Positions 60,428 to 64,000 of a stretch of 64,000 nucleotides of DNA are shown here, one piece after another. Origin of the DNA: an uncultured Alphaproteobacteria bacterium (GTDB lineage Bacteria > Pseudomonadota > Alphaproteobacteria > Rs-D84); the NCBI GenBank assembly GCA_947053455.1, contig CAMRSV010000001.1, positions 64,001-128,000 on the forward strand. The letters are read 5' to 3'. Both the position numbers and the translations under genes were made by a program. A model generated the notes under the pieces. The model saw nothing but the letters and a program-made list of their open reading frames with translations. It made no database searches and was not told the origin of the DNA. Positions within the stretch are counted from its first letter, which is position 1. Every line of letters starts with the position of its first letter.

Positions 60428-62806
60428 TTACAACTTGGCGCGAACTTCCTCCACCTCATAACATTCGACGCGGTCACCCTCTTTCAAGTCGTTGTACTTG
60501 TCAAACGACATACCGAATTCAACGCCGCCAGATACTTCCTTGACTTCGTTCTTTTCGCGACGCAGTTCACCGATTTTACCATCGTATATAACAACGTTGT
60601 TGCGCAACAGGCGTACAAATGCATCCTTTTTTATCATACCCTCGGTCATGCGGCAACCGGCAACACGCGTGCCCTTGCCCACCGTAAACAATTGGATAAC
60701 GTCGGCGTATCCAATAAAGTTCTCGCGACGTTCCGGCGCCAGTTTTCCAGACAATATTTCCTTTACCTCGTCCGTGATACGGTAGACTACACTGTGGTAT
60801 CTGATGTCGACATTCGCACCGCGTGCCATGTCGCGTACGGCCGCATCTGCACGAACATTAAACGCAATTATAACCGCGTTTGATGCCGACGCCAGGCGTA
60901 TGTCGCCCTCTGTAATCTGTCCAACGCCAGATGACAAGATTTCAACCCCAGCTTTGTCCGTATTAATTTCGCGCAGCATGTCGGAAATCGCCTCTACACT
61001 GCCCTGAACATCAGCGCGCAAAATTATCGGCAAAATCAGCTTCTTATTTTCGTCACGCTTGGCAAACAGTTCTTCTAGCGATGAACGCTTTACCGCATTT
61101 GCCTTATCGCGCGCCTTTTGTGCGCGGTATGCGGCAACTTCACGGGTTTGTGCCTCGGTCTCCATAACACGCAGGTCGTCACCCGCGGCCGGTACCGCAT
61201 CAAGGCCAAGTACCACAACTGGTTGACCCGGTTTTACCGATTTAACGCGTTCGCCCGACGAATTTATAAGCCCGCGCACGCGCCCGAATGTTTCGCCGAC
61301 AACAAACACATCGCCAATCTTTAGCGTTCCCTGACGCATCAAGACGGTTGCAACCGCGCCCAGCCCCTTTTCCATTTTTGCCTCAACCACGTATGCGATG
61401 GCCGGCATTTCCGGGTCGGCTTTCAAATCCATCATTTCCGCCTGCAGCAAAATGGCCTCTTCCAACTTATCCAGATTGATTTTTTTCGTCGCAGAAATTT
61501 CAACGCATTGAATATCACCACCCATTTCTTCAACCTGAACTTCCTGTTGCAACAGGTCTGTTTTTACGCGTTGGGCGTTTGCCTCTGGCAAATCAATTTT
61601 GTTAATCGCAACAATAAACGGAACGTTCGCGGCGCGAATGTGATTAATCGCCTCAATCGTTTGGGGCATTATGGAATCGTTTGCCGCAACAACCAAGACA
61701 ACAATGTCCGCCATTTGGGCACCGCGGGCGCGCATGGCCGTAAATGTTTCGTGCCCCGGTGTGTCCAAGAATGTTATTACGGCGCCAGATTTGGTCTTTA
61801 CCTCGTAGGAAGATACATGCTGGGTGATACCGCCTGCCTCTGATGCAACAACGTTTGCATTGCGAAACGCGTCCAATAATGATGTTTTACCATGGTCAAC
61901 GTGTCCAACAACGGTTACAACGGGTGCGCGCGGCTGTAATTTTGTCGCATCCGGTTCACGTTCCAAAATATCCGCATAAGGCTTCATATCAACGCGCTTT
62001 ACCGTTGCACCGAATTCGGTCGCAACCAGTTCGGCCGTATCAGCATCAATCGACTGATTTACAGACGCCATCATGCCCATTTCCATCAATTTCTTGATAA
62101 CATTTCCGACCTTTTCTGCCATTGCCGCCGCCAGGTCTTTAACCGTTATCGTATCTCCCAGTTGAACAACACGTTCAACCTTTTGTGGGGCGGCAAACAT
62201 TGCGCGCGCCTTTTCCCGGAAACGTTTAAGTGACGCCTCTGATCTGCGGCGGTTCGCACCACGCAGACCGATTTCGTCATCATCGTCATCACCGCCACCC
62301 ATTACGATGTCGTGCAGTGATATTTTTCCGGACTTTTTAAAATCACGATTTTTCCCATTGTTAAACTTTGACGGACGGGCGTCATCCTCTTCGCCGCGAG
62401 CCGTGCGTCTCGTAGCCGGCTGCATATTATTTTGGAATTTCTTTGACACCGGTGCGGGTTCAACCGTATCGGCCGCGGGCGCGCCTTCACGTGCAGCCAA
62501 CTGCTCTTTTACCTGTTCGTATTCACGCGTCTCTCTGGCAATTTCCGCTTCACGCGCTAGGCGCTGCGCCTCTTCGGCGGCCTCGCGGGCTTTGCGTTCT
62601 TCTTCTCTCGCGCGGGCGGCCTCTAAAACGGCGCGCAGTTTTTCATCGGCCGCATTTCGCGCCGGGGTGGGTGACGCGGGTTCGTCGCGCAATTCACGCG
62701 CGCCGGGTGCCACAACGCGACGACGGCGTTCAACAAAAACCGCGTCGCCCTTCTTACTTGCAACCTGGTCTATGGTCACAGATTTTCCCAGTGTCAATGT
62801 TGCCAT
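60428..62806 (-). CDS. infB: Translation initiation factor IF-2
   Basis: [36 protein letters not shown]. Confidence 0.98.
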   Translation of the reverse strand: MATLTLGKSVTIDQVASKKGDAVFVERRRRVVAPGARELRDEPASPTPARNAADEKLRAVLEAARAREEERKAREAAEEAQRLAREAEIARETREYEQVKEQLAAREGAPAADTVEPAPVSKKFQNNMQPATRRTARGEEDDARPSKFNNGKNRDFKKSGKISLHDIVMGGGDDDDDEIGLRGANRRRSEASLKRFREKARAMFAAPQKVERVVQLGDTITVKDLAAAMAEKVGNVIKKLMEMGMMASVNQSIDADTAELVATEFGATVKRVDMKPYADILEREPDATKLQPRAPVVTVVGHVDHGKTSLLDAFRNANVVASEAGGITQHVSSYEVKTKSGAVITFLDTPGHETFTAMRARGAQMADIVVLVVAANDSIMPQTIEAINHIRAANVPFIVAINKIDLPEANAQRVKTDLLQQEVQVEEMGGDIQCVEISATKKINLDKLEEAILLQAEMMDLKADPEMPAIAYVVEAKMEKGLGAVATVLMRQGTLKIGDVFVVGETFGRVRGLINSSGERVKSVKPGQPVVVLGLDAVPAAGDDLRVMETEAQTREVAAYRAQKARDKANAVKRSSLEELFAKRDENKKLILPIILRADVQGSVEAISDMLREINTDKAGVEILSSGVGQITEGDIRLASASNAVIIAFNVRADAAVRDMARGANVDIRYHSVVYRITDEVKEILSGKLAPERRENFIGYADVIQLFTVGKGTRVAGCRMTEGMIKKDAFVRLLRNNVVIYDGKIGELRREKNEVKEVSGGVEFGMSFDKYNDLKEGDRVECYEVEEVRAKL

Positions 62807-62845
62807 TTAATCTACTCCGTTCAGTTATGTGTTCGGGTTTGTACT

Positions 62846-64000
62846 TTATTCCTCGTCTTGAGTAATGTTATAAACCACCTCGCGAGCCTTCATAATTATA
62901 CGCGCAGCCAACCGCGGTGACATTGCGTCTTCGCCCAGAATTTCAATCAGTTCATCAGACGCCAAATCCGCCAGGTCTTCCAGGGACTTTATTCCAGCAC
63001 GCCCCAGCGCCATAATTGTGGGCCGCTTTATAAAATCAAACTCCAGCAAATCGTCCTTCATCCCCATCGCATGGCCTTCGTCTTTGTAATCCTGCTCGAT
63101 TTTGGCCAGATAATCCTTGGCACGCTTTTGCAGTTCTGATGCCAGTTCCGCATTGAATCCCTCAATCGCGGTAAGTTCTGCCTCATCAACAAATGCGATT
63201 TCTTCGATTGTGCGGAACCCTTCGGTAATCAGCAGGTGCGCAATCATTTCATCAACATCCAATCCCTTTATAAACAGTTCTGTCTTTTCCTTGAATTCAT
63301 TGGCGCGGCGTTCCTGTTCGGTCTGTTCGTTCATGACGTCAATGTTCCATCCCGTCAGTTGGGACGCCAATCGCACGTTCTGCCCGCGACGACCGATGGC
63401 CAATGATTGCTGGTCATCATTTACAACAACGGCCGCTGTGCGTGTGTCTTCATCGACGATAATTTTTGCAACTTTGGCCGGCTGCATCGCATTTACAATG
63501 AACACCGCCGGGTCTTCGGAATATAAAATAACGTCGATTTTTTCACCATGACATTCGTTAATAACCGGCTGAATACGTGTACCCTTGATACCGACCGTCA
63601 TGCCGACTGCATCAATTGACGGATCCTGGGTTTCAACGGCGATTTTCGCGTGCGAACCCGGTGCACGTGCAACAGATTTGATTTTGATTATGCCCTCGTA
63701 AATTTCGGGTACTTCCTGAACAAACAGTTTTTCCATAAACATAGGATGCGTACGGGTCAGGAAAATCTGCGGACCGGAATTGGAACGCGCAACATCCATA
63801 ATCAGCGCGCGCACACGGTCACCCACCGCTAGGCGTTCGCCCGGTATCAATTCAGTGCCCTTGATATACCCTTCGGCCTTGCCGTTAATGTCAACAAATA
63901 TATTGCCGAATTCTACACGCTTTACAACACCGGATACAATATCACCGATATTATCTTTGAATTCTTCGTACTGGCGCCCCTTTTCTGCGTCGCGCACGCG
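62846..64000 (-). CDS. nusA: Transcription termination factor NusA, 5' end outside window
   Basis: S1 and KH domains, LAIGRRGQNVRLASQLTGW, acidic C-terminal repeats. Confidence 0.97.
   Translation of the reverse strand, partial: RVRDAEKGRQYEEFKDNIGDIVSGVVKRVEFGNIFVDINGKAEGYIKGTELIPGERLAVGDRVRALIMDVARSNSGPQIFLTRTHPMFMEKLFVQEVPEIYEGIIKIKSVARAPGSHAKIAVETQDPSIDAVGMTVGIKGTRIQPVINECHGEKIDVILYSEDPAVFIVNAMQPAKVAKIIVDEDTRTAAVVVNDDQQSLAIGRRGQNVRLASQLTGWNIDVMNEQTEQERRANEFKEKTELFIKGLDVDEMIAHLLITEGFRTIEEIAFVDEAELTAIEGFNAELASELQKRAKDYLAKIEQDYKDEGHAMGMKDDLLEFDFIKRPTIMALGRAGIKSLEDLADLASDELIEILGEDAMSPRLAARIIMKAREVVYNITQDEE

Overview
A 64 kb, gene-dense chromosomal window from an alphaproteobacterium. The protein styles and the Cys-rich secreted proteins suggest a host-associated, genome-reduced lineage such as Rs-D84/'Ca. 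Enterousia'; this assignment is inference. Most genes are housekeeping with scrambled synteny (secDF-yajC, mutL, greA, xerD, addB, mnmE, ruvA/ruvC, serS, typA, recA, secB, lolDE, ftsQ, uvrB, aspS, infB, nusA), plus a glycosyltransferase cluster and two tRNAs. The main unexplained signal is non-coding: six dispersed copies of a 135-225 nt structured leader with the architecture of the phage P1/P7 C4 and P4 CI antisense RNAs. Each copy has a promoter-like site, two short upstream target sites, a cloverleaf displaying their exact complements, a competing anti-stem and an overlapping terminator. The target/complement pairs differ between copies but always co-vary. Four copies lie directly upstream of the four stand-alone Cys-rich secreted-protein genes, and two lie in tandem upstream of an XRE HTH gene inside a REP-bounded module. 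Also seen: a T-box riboswitch upstream of aspS with an apparent translational platform, an FtsA-Rpe fusion, an S41 protease lacking its catalytic residues, an RtT-like element after tRNA-Tyr, and a 255 bp exact duplication shared by two GT2 genes. All structures were deduced by eye; no database searches were run.
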